This document shows, piece by piece, positions 1 to 12,200 of a stretch of 64,000 nt of DNA. Each line of letters starts with the position of its first letter. Within the stretch, counting starts at the first letter, position 1. Below the pieces are notes generated by a model. The model was not told the origin of the DNA, made no database searches, and was given only the letters and a program-made list of their open reading frames with translations. Source of the stretch: Balanoglossus misakiensis (lineage: Eukaryota; Animalia; Hemichordata); assembly GCA_040954595.2 (NCBI GenBank), contig CM082579.2, forward strand, positions 15,600,550 through 15,664,549, in the 5' to 3' direction. The position numbers and the translations under genes are program-made.

Positions 1-2814
1 GCCTGTTTCTGCTCTAGAGTGCCGGGGCTTCAGCTGAGCCAGGCCGTAGGAAACCCGACGTGATTACCGTTGTTAACTTACGCCAGTCTGTGTCCTATAT
101 ATAGTGCCGGGGCATCAGCCAGGACAGGCCGAAGGAAATGTGAGTAGATCAACGTGGTCTCTGTACGCGTGTTTCTGCTCTAGAGTGCCAGGGCTTTAGC
201 CAAGCCATGCCGTAGGAAATCTGACTTGATCAACGTTGCTAACGAACGCTAGTGTCTGTCATAGTGTGCCGGGGTTTTAGTCGAGCCAAGCCGTAGGATA
301 TCAGACTTGATCAACGTGGTCTCTGTACGCTTGTTTCTGCTCTAGAGTGCCGGGGCTTTATCCAAGCCATGCCGTAGAAAATCTGACTTGATCACCGTTG
401 CTAACGTACGCTAGTGTCTGTCATATTGTGACGGAGATTTAGCCGAGCCAGGCCGTAGAAAAATCGACTTGTTCAACGTTACCAGTGTGCAACTGTTTCT
501 GCTCTAGAGTGTCAGGGTTTCAGCCGACTTATGCTGTAGGAAATCTGAGTTGATGAACGGGAATTCATTGTTAGAAAACCCGTGTGGAAAGTATCTCTAC
601 CCGTTTCAAACTAAGAAAAGAATTTATTCTTATTTATTTTGTAAAAAAGACAATATTTCGAAAAAAAGTCGAAAATGGTAATTTTGTCTTGGGTGATTCA
701 AATTATACCGCCTTTTCTGGAATTTGCAGCACTTTTTACAAGAGAACGACACTTCATGATCCATAATATTTCCGAAAATGATGAAAGGAGTTAATTTTTT
801 ATGATTTTTTAAAAATTTACCATTTTTGTCAAAATATGGCCAAAATGGCTATTTTTTCTTGAATTCCGTCAATATCTCTGCATTTTTGGAGTGGTCGAAA
901 GTCTTAACATACAATCAACATGTCATATATGATCAGGGCACCAAATTCGAAGAACAAAGGTTTTTTTTATTTTTTTTTCTAAAAATGACATTTTCAAGGA
1001 AAATTTGGTAAAACGCAATTTTGTCTGCAGTGAGCCAAATTAGACGGTCTTTTGTGGAATTTGTATCGATATATACATACGAAGAGCATTCTATACTCCA
1101 TCAGATTTCCGAAAATGTAGAAAACAGGTATTTTTTGTAATTTTCAAAAATTTACTATTTTGACCAAATTGTGGCTAAAATTGTTATTTTCGTGTTGAAT
1201 GCCGCCAGTGTCACTGCTTTTAAAAGTCATAAAAACTTTTAACATACAAGCAATTGTTTATATATGATCAGGTCACCGAATTAATAAAATAAAGAATGTT
1301 TTGCCTAAAAATGACCTTTTTGGTGCAAAAACGAATAAAACGCAATTTTGTATTAAATCAGCTCATTCAGAGTGCATTTTTTATAATCAGCACTATTTTA
1401 ACGTATAATGGAAATTTCATACATAATCAGATATCCAAATATGAAAAAATGATTTAGATATTAGATGATTGTCCAAAATTAGCTGATATCTAATAAATGT
1501 AGTATTGAACCGTTCTGTTCCCCCACCCCCCCCCCCTACATTATATGCGGTACGCCGATGTCAGCTTACCCGGCAGTACTGCAGGCCGTGCCCCCAACTA
1601 ACGTCGGTGTTTGAAACGCCCTGGTTAAATTCGGGCTTTCTCTATAAATTGACAGGCAATAATGCAGTCCTACCCGAACAAATGTCGAGTGTTGACCCGC
1701 TGTGACTATCCCTCTTCGGTTTGCCCGACTTAGCCAACGTCTTTGTACTAGAGTGTCGGGTCTTTTGCAGAGCCAGGCCGATGGAAATCCGAGTAGATCA
1801 ACGTGGTCTCTGTACGCGTGTTTCTGCTCTAGAGTGCCAAGGCTTTAGCCAAGCCATGCCGTAGGAAATCTGACTTGATCAACGTTGCTAACGAACGCTA
1901 GTGTCTGTCATAGTGTGCCGGGGTTTTAGTCGAGCCAAGCCGTAGGATATCAGACTTGATCAACGTGGTCTCTGTACGCTTGTTTCTGCTCTAGAGTGCC
2001 GGGGCTTTATCCAAGCCATGCCGTAGAAAATCTGACTTGATCACCGTTGCTAACGTACGCTAGTGTCTGTCATATTGTGACGGAGATTAAGCCGAGCCAG
2101 GCCGTAGAAAAATCGACTTGTTCAACGTTACCAGTGTGCAACTGTTTCTGCTCTAGAGTGTCAGGGTTTCAGCCGACTTATGCTGTAGGAAATCTGAGTT
2201 GATGAACGGGAATTCATTGTTAGAAAACCCGTGTGGAAAGTATCTCTACCCGTTTGAAACTAAGAAAAGAATTTATTCTTATTTATTTTGTAAAAAAGAC
2301 AATTTTTCGAAAAAAAGTCGAAAATGGTAATTTTGTCTTGGGTGATTCAAATTATACCGCCTTTTCTGGAATTTGCAGCACTTTTTACAAGAGAACGACA
2401 CTTCATGATCCATAATATTTCCGAAAATGAAGAAAGGAGTTAATTTTTTATTATTTTTTAAAAATTTACCATTTTTGTCAAAATATGGCCAAAATGGCTA
2501 TTTTTTCTTGAATTCCGTCAATATCTCTGCATTTTTGGAGTGGTCGAAAGTTTTAACATACAATCAACATGTCATATATGATCAGGGCACCAAATTCGAA
2601 GAACAAAGGTTTTTTTCTTGTTTTTTTCTAAAAATGACATTTTCAAGGAACATTTGGTAAAACGCAATTTTGTCTGCAGTGAGCCATATTAGTCTTTTGT
2701 GGAATTTGTATCGATATATACATACGAAGAGCATTTTATACACCATCATATTTTCGAAAATGTAGAAAACGGGTATTTTTTGTAATTTTCAAAAATTTAC
2801 CATTTTGACCAAAT
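1..2814 (+). repeat. Composite ~2.05-kb satellite (Sat1), block 1
   Basis: Landmark gtggaaagtatctctacccg recurs at 584 and 2233. Each unit has a GC-rich 81-bp subrepeat block, an AT-rich block and a poly-C spacer. This unit is shortened to 1649 bp. Confidence 0.95.
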
Positions 2815-3150
2815 TGTGGGGAAGTATCGTGGCAGTGATCAATACTCCCGGGAGGGGGTTCGAGTATACTGACGTCGGAAAAGAAGCGAACGATTCAGTG
2901 CTAGGTAAAACACTGGTTTATTACCATCTGAATCGAACAACAAAGTAACACCACAGAGCTCCTTACAAAATGCTGCCCGAAAGCGCCAAAACTGGGTTAT
3001 ATATAAGTCCCACGAACTCCGGAGCAAACACTCAAAAATTACAATAAATCTGCTACAAGTATAAAGTTTGGCGGGAAACAAAGTCAACTCTGATAGGGTA
3101 AAAGTTTCCGTCACGTGATCCTTCTGGAGTAAATCTCTCACTTCTCCATA
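2815..3150 (-). repeat. BEL-1 3' LTR
   Basis: Direct repeat of 8958-9293 with about 6 substitutions by eye; adjacent to the PPT. Confidence 0.95.
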
Positions 3151-3159
3151 TTCTCCCCC
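3151..3159 (-). promoter_or_regulatory. BEL-1 polypurine tract (GGGGGAGAA)
   Basis: Purine run immediately upstream of the 3' LTR on the minus strand. Confidence 0.85.
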
Positions 3160-3321
3160 GCGCAAAGGAAAGTCTCGAAAATCGTCAGAAAAAAAACATC
3201 AAATAACATGAAATATGATTAAAGTCACCTAAAGTGTTCAAGGATAATAAACTAATGTTCATTGTGTCAGTAAACATGATAACAGTCACAATGCGATCGA
3301 AATTGTTTTCCAATTTCAAAG

Positions 3322-5370
3322 TCAAACAGAGAGATCCGCTATTCGTACTCGAGCGGCAACTGCAGTGTCTCTGAGAGGTCGTCTCGGGGGTACAACATCC
3401 GCCTTCACCGAGGAATCTTCAGAGGCTCCAGCTGTGTCGACTGTTTCAGTATTCGTGTTGGAATCTGCTCCAATACCTGTATTATCTCCAGACACAGTTG
3501 ACAGCTCCTTGGAGACAACTTCCAATGGGTACAATTTATGGTTAGGTCGGTTTGTAGGACCACCTGCGGTGTTCAACTCCGCAGATCGTACCAGTTTATC
3601 ATTACCGAAGATCAACCTTGTTACAGTTCCTAAATGCCATTTCGGACGTTTGTCAGTGTCACTGTGTATTATCACGACATCTCCGACCTTGATGACATTA
3701 TCACGAGTTCCTTTGGTGGGATGTCGTTCACGTAGGGAAGTCAGATACTCGGACGACCATCTTCGCCAAAATTGATCGTGTAATCTTGATAGATGTTCAT
3801 ATCTTTTGTTGATTTCACGATTATCACAGTAAGATGGGTCAATCACCTCTTCGTCGGTGATCTCGATGTACGGCAATGAGGTCAGTGTCCTGCCATGTAG
3901 CAAGTGATTTGGGGTCAATCCAATGTTGTCGTTTATACTGGATGACACGTACGTTAACGGCCTGTCGTTTAAAACGGCTTCAATTTCAGTCACAACTGTT
4001 GCGAGTTCATCAAAGGTTAGGTAAGCTCGACCGAGAGTTTTCCTAATAGCGTTCTTTGTCAAAGCAATCAGCCTCTCCCAGAAGCCACCAAACCAGGGCG
4101 CGCGCTTCGGTATAAACGTCCATTGTACACGATGTGCGGCGAGAAAGTCATTTACTTCTGGCGTATCAAACAGTGTTTTGATTTCATTGGCAGCCGATAA
4201 ATAAGTCGATGCGTTGTCTGACAGCATCCTACTCGGCAAAGAACGTCTCGCGGCGAATCTTCTGAACGCGTGCATGAACGTCTGGGTTGACATATCAGGA
4301 ACCAGTTCTAGGTGAATGGCACGCGTCACCGCACAGGTGAATAAACAGATATAGGCTTTGGCACGTGTCCCATCTTTGGCCTTGGTATAAAGATTACCCG
4401 TGAAATCCACGCCTGTTACAGTAAATGCTGGGACAATGTTCACTCGATAACTTGGTAGCGGCGCTTGCACTGGATTCGCGTAAGGTTTCCCGGTAACTTT
4501 GTTGCAAATGACACAACCACGTAAGACACCGCGTACAATAATCCGAATTTTGGGGATCCAATATCTTTGCCTTATCTTTGTCACTGTAGATTGGACTCCC
4601 TGGTGAAGCGTCAGTTCGTGTGATTTCCGTATTATCAAATTTGTCAATTTATGATGCGAGGGTATCAAGGCGGGAAATCTTGTGACGAAATCGATCGGCG
4701 CGTTATGGATTCTACTCCCACAGCGAAGTACGTCTTCTTCTTCAACAAATAAGTTCAGTTGTCGAACAATGGGCGCACATGTACTCAAGTTCAATTTCAC
4801 AGACTGGATTTCGGCGTCATAGAACTGCCGTTGAATATGTTTAACCCACATATTTTCCGCTCGGTGCAGCTCATCAGAGGTAATTCTCCCGTGTTTCACC
4901 TCGGTAGATTTTTTCATCCGTGCGATGAATCTGAGGACATAACTTGTCACTCGTAATAGCCTATCCAAGTTGTTGAATCTGGAAATGTCAACAACGTGTT
5001 GAATTCCGTAGTCATTGGGACTGGTAATTTCCAGATTTTCGCGATCTGTACATCGTCTGGCTTTGGGGGGAGCGAGTATTTCTGCGTTCTCGGTAGACTG
5101 ATCGTTGATTCCGTTGCCGAAACGCGGCGGCAATCTGTCCGTCTCATCTGGTTCGATTGCGGTATGCATCACATTAACATCAAACGCTGGGCAACTAGGC
5201 CAATCGCTTGTCTTTAGCCATGTTGGTCCATTACGCCATAGTTCAGAGCGTTCCATCATTTCGTAGGTTACCCCTCTGGTTAAAAGATCAGCTGGGTTGT
5301 GTTCTGATGGGCAGTATTTCTTTGTGGACTGAAATTCGCGAATTTCATCTACTCGATTCTTCACAAACAC
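3322..5370 (-). CDS. pol: BEL-1 Pol C-terminal part: end of RNase H region and integrase (HHCC, DDE, C-terminal domain)
   Basis: 682-aa ORF with NPADLLTRG, H..H..CVIC, TGVDFTG, SDNAS, WERL, NDRPLT; separated from RT by frameshifts and stops. Confidence 0.93.
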   Translation of the reverse strand: MFVKNRVDEIREFQSTKKYCPSEHNPADLLTRGVTYEMMERSELWRNGPTWLKTSDWPSCPAFDVNVMHTAIEPDETDRLPPRFGNGINDQSTENAEILAPPKARRCTDRENLEITSPNDYGIQHVVDISRFNNLDRLLRVTSYVLRFIARMKKSTEVKHGRITSDELHRAENMWVKHIQRQFYDAEIQSVKLNLSTCAPIVRQLNLFVEEEDVLRCGSRIHNAPIDFVTRFPALIPSHHKLTNLIIRKSHELTLHQGVQSTVTKIRQRYWIPKIRIIVRGVLRGCVICNKVTGKPYANPVQAPLPSYRVNIVPAFTVTGVDFTGNLYTKAKDGTRAKAYICLFTCAVTRAIHLELVPDMSTQTFMHAFRRFAARRSLPSRMLSDNASTYLSAANEIKTLFDTPEVNDFLAAHRVQWTFIPKRAPWFGGFWERLIALTKNAIRKTLGRAYLTFDELATVVTEIEAVLNDRPLTYVSSSINDNIGLTPNHLLHGRTLTSLPYIEITDEEVIDPSYCDNREINKRYEHLSRLHDQFWRRWSSEYLTSLRERHPTKGTRDNVIKVGDVVIIHSDTDKRPKWHLGTVTRLIFGNDKLVRSAELNTAGGPTNRPNHKLYPLEVVSKELSTVSGDNTGIGADSNTNTETVDTAGASEDSSVKADVVPPRRPLRDTAVAARVRIADLSV

Positions 5371-6934
5371 CGGAAGTCTCTTCTCACTGTTCAGCCAGTG
5401 AAGGACAATTTGGCTGTCACTCCATAAATAACAACGAACTATGTCATATTTGGAGGACAGGGCTTCTTTAGCGTACTAGTACTTGCTGAGACGTGTGGCT
5501 ATTAACGCAGCCATCAATTCCAGTCGCGGGAGTGTAGTTTCAGCCACTGGTGCGGTTCTAGTCTTCGCCATCACAAACGACGTTTGCTGTCCTCTTCAAA
5601 TACACTACTGCCCCATACGCTCTCTGGCTTGCGTCTGCAAAGGCGTGTAGCTCGCATTCATTGTCGCCTTCAAGTTCATCAAAATATTGTCGTTCGATCT
5701 TCGTGTTTCGCGAGTCTTTGAGATCTTCTGCGATGTGCATCCATTGAGTGTAGAGATCTGCGTTGATAGGTTCATCCCAGTCTAATTCCAGTTTCCATAG
5801 TAACTGAATGAACAATTTGGCTTTGATCATTACAGGGGCGAGAAATCCAAACGGATCAAATAGCATCGCCACATAGCTGACAATGTCACGTTTGGTCACG
5901 AGTTCGGCACGCGACGACATATTAACCACTTTGGAGTAAGTCAATTCGTCAGATTTTGTTGACCACTGCATTCCCAAAACGGATACATCTTCGGTGGGTT
6001 CGTTCAGATTGTCACATGTAGCGAGTTCGTTTATTTGTTGACAGTTGGAAGACCATGCTCTGAGTTTGAATCCGCCTGATGTCATCAACTCATTGGCTTC
6101 ATGGTAGTATTTCATGGCATTTTCTGCAGTATCAACTCCATCGATCACATTATCCACATAAATATTATTTCCCCATCTGTCAGCGGTGGGAAGTTGACTA
6201 TTGTTCTCTAAATGCGTCTTGATAACCGCATTGAGGATGAATGGGGAACAGACTGCTCCAAACAAGACAGACTTAAACTGCAAAGTTATGAAGTCACTTT
6301 CTGGGTCGTTAATGTCCGACAGCCACAGAAATTTCGTGAATTTCCTCTCATCTTCTTCCAACCGAATGTTCAGGAATGCTTTCTCAATGTCAGCTGTGAA
6401 AGCAATGTTATTGGCGCGGAATCACAGCAGAATCGCTGGCAGGTCATTTATTAATGACGGTCCAGTTTGCAAGCAATCATTCAAACTTGGATAATTAGAA
6501 TCCTTCTTACAAGAGCAATCATAAACGATGCGAATGGGTGTTGTGGTCGAATTCTTAACCACCGGACGATGTAGCAAATAGTGTCCGATATTCACGTCAT
6601 CTTCGTCAACCTCTCCGATGAAGTCGCGACGTCTCTGTTCATTGATTATGTCGTCATATTTCTTGATGAGTTCAGAGGGTAACCTGCGTATCATATTACG
6701 CGTGCGTTTCATGGCGACATCGTAGTTGGTGGGTAGTGGAGGGTGATCTTCCTTCCACGGTAGTTTAGCTACATATTTTCCTCGGTCAACTCTCAAGTGC
6801 GTGTCTCTGTAAGACTCGTACGTCAACTGTTCATCAACTGTTGGATTGTCCTGAATACCGATCAATTCAAAGTCCCACATATTTTGGACCTGTGGTTCTC
6901 GGCCGATCGCAGTACTATACATCGGTGTATACAT
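5371..6934 (-). pseudogene. pol: BEL-1 reverse transcriptase / RNase H, disrupted
   Basis: ORF pieces 6422-6934 (IRIVYDCS, SLNDCLQTGP) and 5558-6361 (FGAVCSPF, YVDN, HAFADASQRAYGAV) broken by stops and frameshifts. Confidence 0.92.
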
Positions 6935-8924
6935 GTCCGTTGCGCGATCTCCATGCAGTCCGTTGATAGAGTTCTCTGAAACTATCAGCAGTAGAAATCA
7001 CGTGTAAGATATGCGCATTAGAATCCACTTTGGGAGTTCCGAGGGGTCCGGAGAGTAAGTATCCAAATTTGGATGACACAGCAGTGGGGCCGGACGCGCC
7101 AGAAATAACGTGTGAGCCCACGAAATTCCAATATTGGTCGGCTCCGATTAGAACATCAATTGGCCACGACTGATCACTCGAAACTGGATGTGCGAATGGT
7201 AGCCCTTTCAGGTGGCTCATATTATGGACTTCCTGAGAAATGTGATTTGATAAGTCCGACGATATCTCTGGAATTATCATCGCGTGAATAGTTGAAGTAT
7301 TCCCGTTCAGTTCATGAGCAGTTAGTTCGGTGAATCCCATGGTGCGTACTTTGGAGTCCTTGCCACCGAAGGTCGATAACTTTATGTGTTCGTGCCGCGT
7401 AGCTTTCGCGGACAGCTGACGGGCGAATCTCTCAGTGACGAATGTCTTATTTGCTCCTTCATCAAACAGGATGACGGCATGAATGGGGGCTCCCCGTCCG
7501 ACAGACAGTGGTACAAACGCAGTTTTCAGCAGCACTGGCCCAGTGTTTATCTTCTTATCCGTAAATGTATCGGTATTAGTCAATGTTACTTTGACATCAG
7601 AAGTACTTGATGATGGCGATGGCGAGGACGACGCTCCGGTTGGCATCGTTGTAGCGGTGGGAACGTTGTAGTGTAGCGCAGAGTGATGACGTTTCCTACA
7701 CTTTCTGCAGGAGTATTTTGATTTACACTCCGCAACTCTATGTTTTCCAAAGCAATTAAAACATAGTCTGTCCTTCTTCACAATGTCCAGTCTCTCGCGC
7801 GTATCAGTTACCACAGTGCAATTTGACGCGAAGTGTGACCCTTTGCAGAACGGGCACGTTTTGACAGGGGCACGAAACTTCTGTTTACCTGTCATCTGCG
7901 TTTTCGTGTGAAACGCGGTTATTTCCGGTTCTCTGGTAGTGGCCATTGTTATCTCGTCGACCCGGTTGCCGGCTTGAAGGGTGTTTATCTCGTGTTGAAT
8001 GGCTTTTCGTAGATCTGCTAATGTCCACGCAGCATTACCATGTTTTCTTGCTATCTGCTCTCGAATGTTAGGAGGTAATTTCTCCCGTATTATTGGAACC
8101 AAAAGTTCGCCGTATGTGGTTTCCTCCTTACCCAGCGACTGAAAACCTCGAACGTGATTTTCAATCGAGTCGTAGAAATGCCTTAAACTTTGTACGTCGG
8201 CGGTTGGGCTTTGTAGATTCCACAACGCGGTCATATGAGCATCTACTATGAGATGGGTTTGTCCGTATCTTTCGGTCAATAAGTCAATCGCGTGCGTGAG
8301 TGGCAATCCGTTGATTGTTCTCGCTGCTTCATCTTTGAGTACACTCCGCAAATACGTAAACTTCTGAATGTTGTCCAAATTAGTGTCCGAAGGTATCGAA
8401 GACTTGAATACATCGAAGAAACTCGACCATTCTATTACATTGCCTGAGAAAGTTTGCAGCTGGAGTTTCGGTAGAGTTACTGTTTTACGAGGCGTCGCGT
8501 TGCCGAGGCTGCTTCCCGTTACATTACCAGTACTAGTAGTAGTTGTCCGCATCTCCGATTTGTTTTTCTTGATGAAAGATGCGATGCGATGATTGTGTTC
8601 GAAGATTTCGGCCTGGTAGTCGCCTGAAGTTTCATTTTCTTCGTCAAAGTGTTCATCGTCAATTAGATCGAGGATTCTCACCTCGAGGTCGGCGAGTAGA
8701 CGGATCTTGTTCTAAAGTTGTTCGTTCAGCCCTTCCAGCGTGTCGAGTGTAGTCGGCTTGTCTGTACCGACGTCTACGAAATTGTTCATGAGGGTGTCGG
8801 CCCTGTTGAACAGTCGGGTCACTTGTGCGCGTTGACCACGACGCGATCTCTTCAGTTTTGTCAACGCTGTTGGCTGATCCTCTTGTTGTCCATCTTGTGG
8901 CGCGATGTGTTCTTGTTCCGACAT
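6915..8924 (-). pseudogene. gag: BEL-1 Gag (CCHC knuckles) and aspartic protease, frameshifted near the N-terminus
   Basis: ORFs 8712-8924 and 6915-8681 with LPKLQL..F.G...W, CPFC..H...C, CFNC..H...C, CRKC..HH, protease ILFDEGA and DVLIGAD. Confidence 0.92.
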
Positions 8925-8940
8925 CTTGCTCTGTTATACT

Positions 8941-8953
8941 GGTCTCGGCACCA
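8941..8953 (-). promoter_or_regulatory. BEL-1 primer binding site TGGTGCCGAGACC (tRNA-Phe- or tRNA-His-like)
   Basis: TGG-starting motif 4 nt inside the 5' LTR; resembles the complement of the tRNA-Phe 3' end (TGGTGCCGAAACC) with one difference. Confidence 0.75.
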
Positions 8954-8957
8954 AAAA

Positions 8958-9293
8958 TGTGGGGAAGTATCGTGGCAGTGATCAATACTCCCGGGAGGGG
9001 GTTCGAGTATACTGACGTCGGAAAAGAAGCGAACGATTCAGTGCTAGGTAAAACACTGGTTTATTACCATCTGAATCCAACAACAAAGTAACACCACAGA
9101 GCTCCTTACAAAAAGCTGCCCGAAAGCGCCAAAACTGGGTTATATATAAGTCCCACGAACGCCGGAGCAAACACTCAAAAATTACAATAAATCTGCTACA
9201 AGTATAAAGTTTGGCGGGAAACAAAGTCAACTCTGATACGATAAGAGTTTCCGTCACGTGATCCTTCTGGAGTAAATCTCTCACTTCTCCATA
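8958..9293 (-). repeat. BEL-1 5' LTR
   Basis: Repeat of 2815-3150; TATA-like TTATATATAA at 9140-9149 and AATAAA downstream on the minus strand. Confidence 0.95.
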
Positions 9294-12200
9294 CAAATTG
9301 TGGCTAAAATTGTTATTTTCGTGTTGAATGCCGCCAGTGTCACTGCTTTTAAAAGTCATAAAAACGTTTAACATACAAGCAATTGTTTATATATGATCAG
9401 GTCACCGAATTAAAAAAAATAAAGAATGTTTTGCCTAAAAATGACCTTTTTGGTGCAAAAACGAATAAAACGCAATTTTGTATTAAATCAGCTCATTCAG
9501 AGTGCATTTTTTATAATCAGCACCATTTTTACATATGATGGAAATTTCATACATCATCAGATATCCAAATATGAAAAAATGATTTAGATTTTAGATGATT
9601 GTCCAAAATTAGCTGATATCTAATAAATGTAGTATTGAACCGTTCTGTCCCCCCCCCTACATTATATGCGGTACGCCGATGTCAGCTTACCCGGCAGTAC
9701 TGCAGGCTGTGCCCCCAACTAACGTCAGTGTTTGAAACGCCCTGGTTAAATTCGGGCTTTCTCTATAAATTGACAGGCAATATTGCGGTCCTACCCGAAC
9801 AAATGTCAAGTGTTGAACCGCTGTGACTTTCCCTTTTCGGTTTGCCCGACTTAGCCAACGTCTTTGTACTAGAGTGTCGGGTCTTTTGCAGAGCCAGGCC
9901 GAAGGAAATCCGACTTGATCACCGTTGCTAACGAACGCTAGTGTCTGTCATGGTGTGCCGGGGTTTTAGTCGAGCCAGGCCGTAGGAGATCTGACTTGAT
10001 CATCGTGGTCAATGTACGCGTGTTTCCGCTCTAAAGTGCCGGGGCTTCAGCTAAACCAGGCCGTAGGAAATCCGACGTAATCACCGTTGATAACTTACGC
10101 CAGTCTGTGTCATATAGAGCCGGTGCACCAGCCGAGTCACGCCGTAGGAAATCTGACTTGATCAACGTGGTCAATGTACGCCTGTTTCTGCACTAGAGTG
10201 CCGGGGCTTTAGCTGAGCCAGGCCGTAGGAAACCCGACGTGATTACAGTTGTTAACTTACGCCAGTCTGTGTCCTATATATAGTGCCGGGGCATCAGCCG
10301 TGCCAGGCCGAAGGAAATGTGAGTAGATCAACGTGGTCTCTGTACGCATGTTTCTGCTCTAGAGTGCCAGGGCTTTAGCCAAGCCATGCCGTAGGAAATC
10401 TGACTTGATCAACGTTGCTAACGAACGCTAGTGTCTGTCATAGTAAGCCTGTGTTTTAGTCGAGCCAAGCCGTAGGAGATCAGACTTGATCAACGTGGTC
10501 TCTGTACGCGTGTTTCTGCTCTAGAGTGCCGGGGCTTTATCCAAGCCATGCCGTAGAAAATCTGACTTGATCACCGTTGCTAACGTACGCTAGTGTCTGT
10601 CATATTGTGACGGAGATTTAGCCGAGCCAGGCCGTAGAAAAATCGACTTGTTGAACGTTACCAGTGTGCAACTGTTTCTGCTCTAGAGTGTCAGGGTTTT
10701 AGCCTACTTATGCTGTAGGACATCTGAGTTGATGAATGGGAATTCAATGTTAGAAAACCCGTGTGGAAAGTATCTCTACCCGTTTGAAACTAAGAAAAGA
10801 ATTTATTCTTATTTATTTTGTAAAAAAGACAATTTTTCGAAAAACAGTCGAAAATTGTAATTTTGTCTTGTGTGATTCAAATTATACCGCCTTTTCTGGA
10901 ATTTGCAGCACTTTTTACAAGAGAACGACACTTCATGCTCCATAATATTTCCGAAAATGAAGAAAAGAGTTAATTTTTTATGATTTTTTAAAAATTTACC
11001 ATTTTTGTCAAAATATGGCCAAAATGGCTATTTTTTCTTGAATTCCGTCAATATCTCAGCATTTTTGGAGTGGTCGAAACTTTTAACATCCAATCAACAT
11101 GTCATATATAATCAGGGCACCGAATTCGAAGAACAAATAAAGCTTTTTTTAATTGTTTTTCTAAAAATGACATTTTCAAGCAAAATTTGATAACATGCAA
11201 TTTTGTCTGCAGTGAGCCAAATAAGACTGTCTTTTGTGGAAATTGTATCGATATATACATACGAATGGCATTCTATACTCCATCAGATTACCGAAAATGT
11301 AGGAAACAGTTATTTTTCGTAATTTTCAAAAATTTACCATTTTTGACCAAAATGTGGCTAAAATGGTTATTTTCGTGTTGAATGCCGCCAGTGTCACTGC
11401 TTTTAAAAGTCATAAAAACTTTTAACATACAAGCAATTGTTTATATATGATCAGGTCACCGAATTAAAAAATAAAGAATGTTTTGCCTAAAAATGACCTT
11501 TTTGGTGCAATAACGAATAGAACGCAATTTTGTAATTAATCAGCTCATTCACAGTGCATTTTTTATAATCAGCACCATTTTTACATATAATGGAAATTTC
11601 ATACATCATCAGATATCCAAATATGAAAAAATGATTTAGATTTTAGATGATTGTCCAAAATTAGCTGATATCTAATAAATGTAGTATTGAACCGTTCTGT
11701 TCCCCCCCCCCCCTACATTACATGCGGTACGCCGATGTCAGCTTACCCGGCAGTACTGCAGGCCGTGCCCCCAACTAACGTCGGTGTTTGAAACGCCCTG
11801 GTTAAATTCGGGCTTTCTCTATAAATTGACAGGCAATAATGCAGTCGTACCCGAACAAATGTCAAGTGTTGAACCGCTGTGACTTTCCCTCTTCGGTTTG
11901 CTCGACTTAGCCAACGTCTTTGTACTAGAGTGTCGGGTCTTTTGCAGAGCCAGGCCGAATGAAATCCGATTGATCACCGTTGCTAACGAACGCTAGTGTC
12001 TGTCATGGTGTGCCGGGGTTTTAGTCGAGCCAGGCCGTAGGAGATCTGACTTGATCATCGTGGTCAATGTACGCGTGTTTCCGCTCTAAAGTGCCGGGGC
12101 TTCAGCTAAACCAGGCCGTAGGAAATCCGACGTAATCACCGTTGATAACTTACGCCAGTCTGTGTCATATAGAGCCGGTGCACCAGCCGAGTCACGCCGT

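Larger units (their letters stand above)
2815..9293 (-). mobile_element. Bel/Pao LTR retrotransposon BEL-1, full-length, decayed
   Basis: 336-bp LTRs at both ends; 5-bp TSD CAAAT (2810-2814 and 9294-9298); satellite resumes in register; gag-PR-RT-RH-IN order on the minus strand with Bel/Pao motifs (YVDN, HAFADAS, APWFGGFWERL). Confidence 0.97.

Noticed and set aside
9291-9298. Canonical CA end of BEL-1 at 9295 with a 3-bp TSD
   Set aside because: The other two LTRs continue CATA-TT into the PPT, so CA at 9294-9295 belongs to the 5-bp TSD CAAAT.
2839-9374. Antisense and LTR-spanning ORFs (e.g. 2839-3165, 3365-3775, 8982-9374)
   Set aside because: Shadow frames of LTR or pol sequence; those crossing element boundaries are chimeric.
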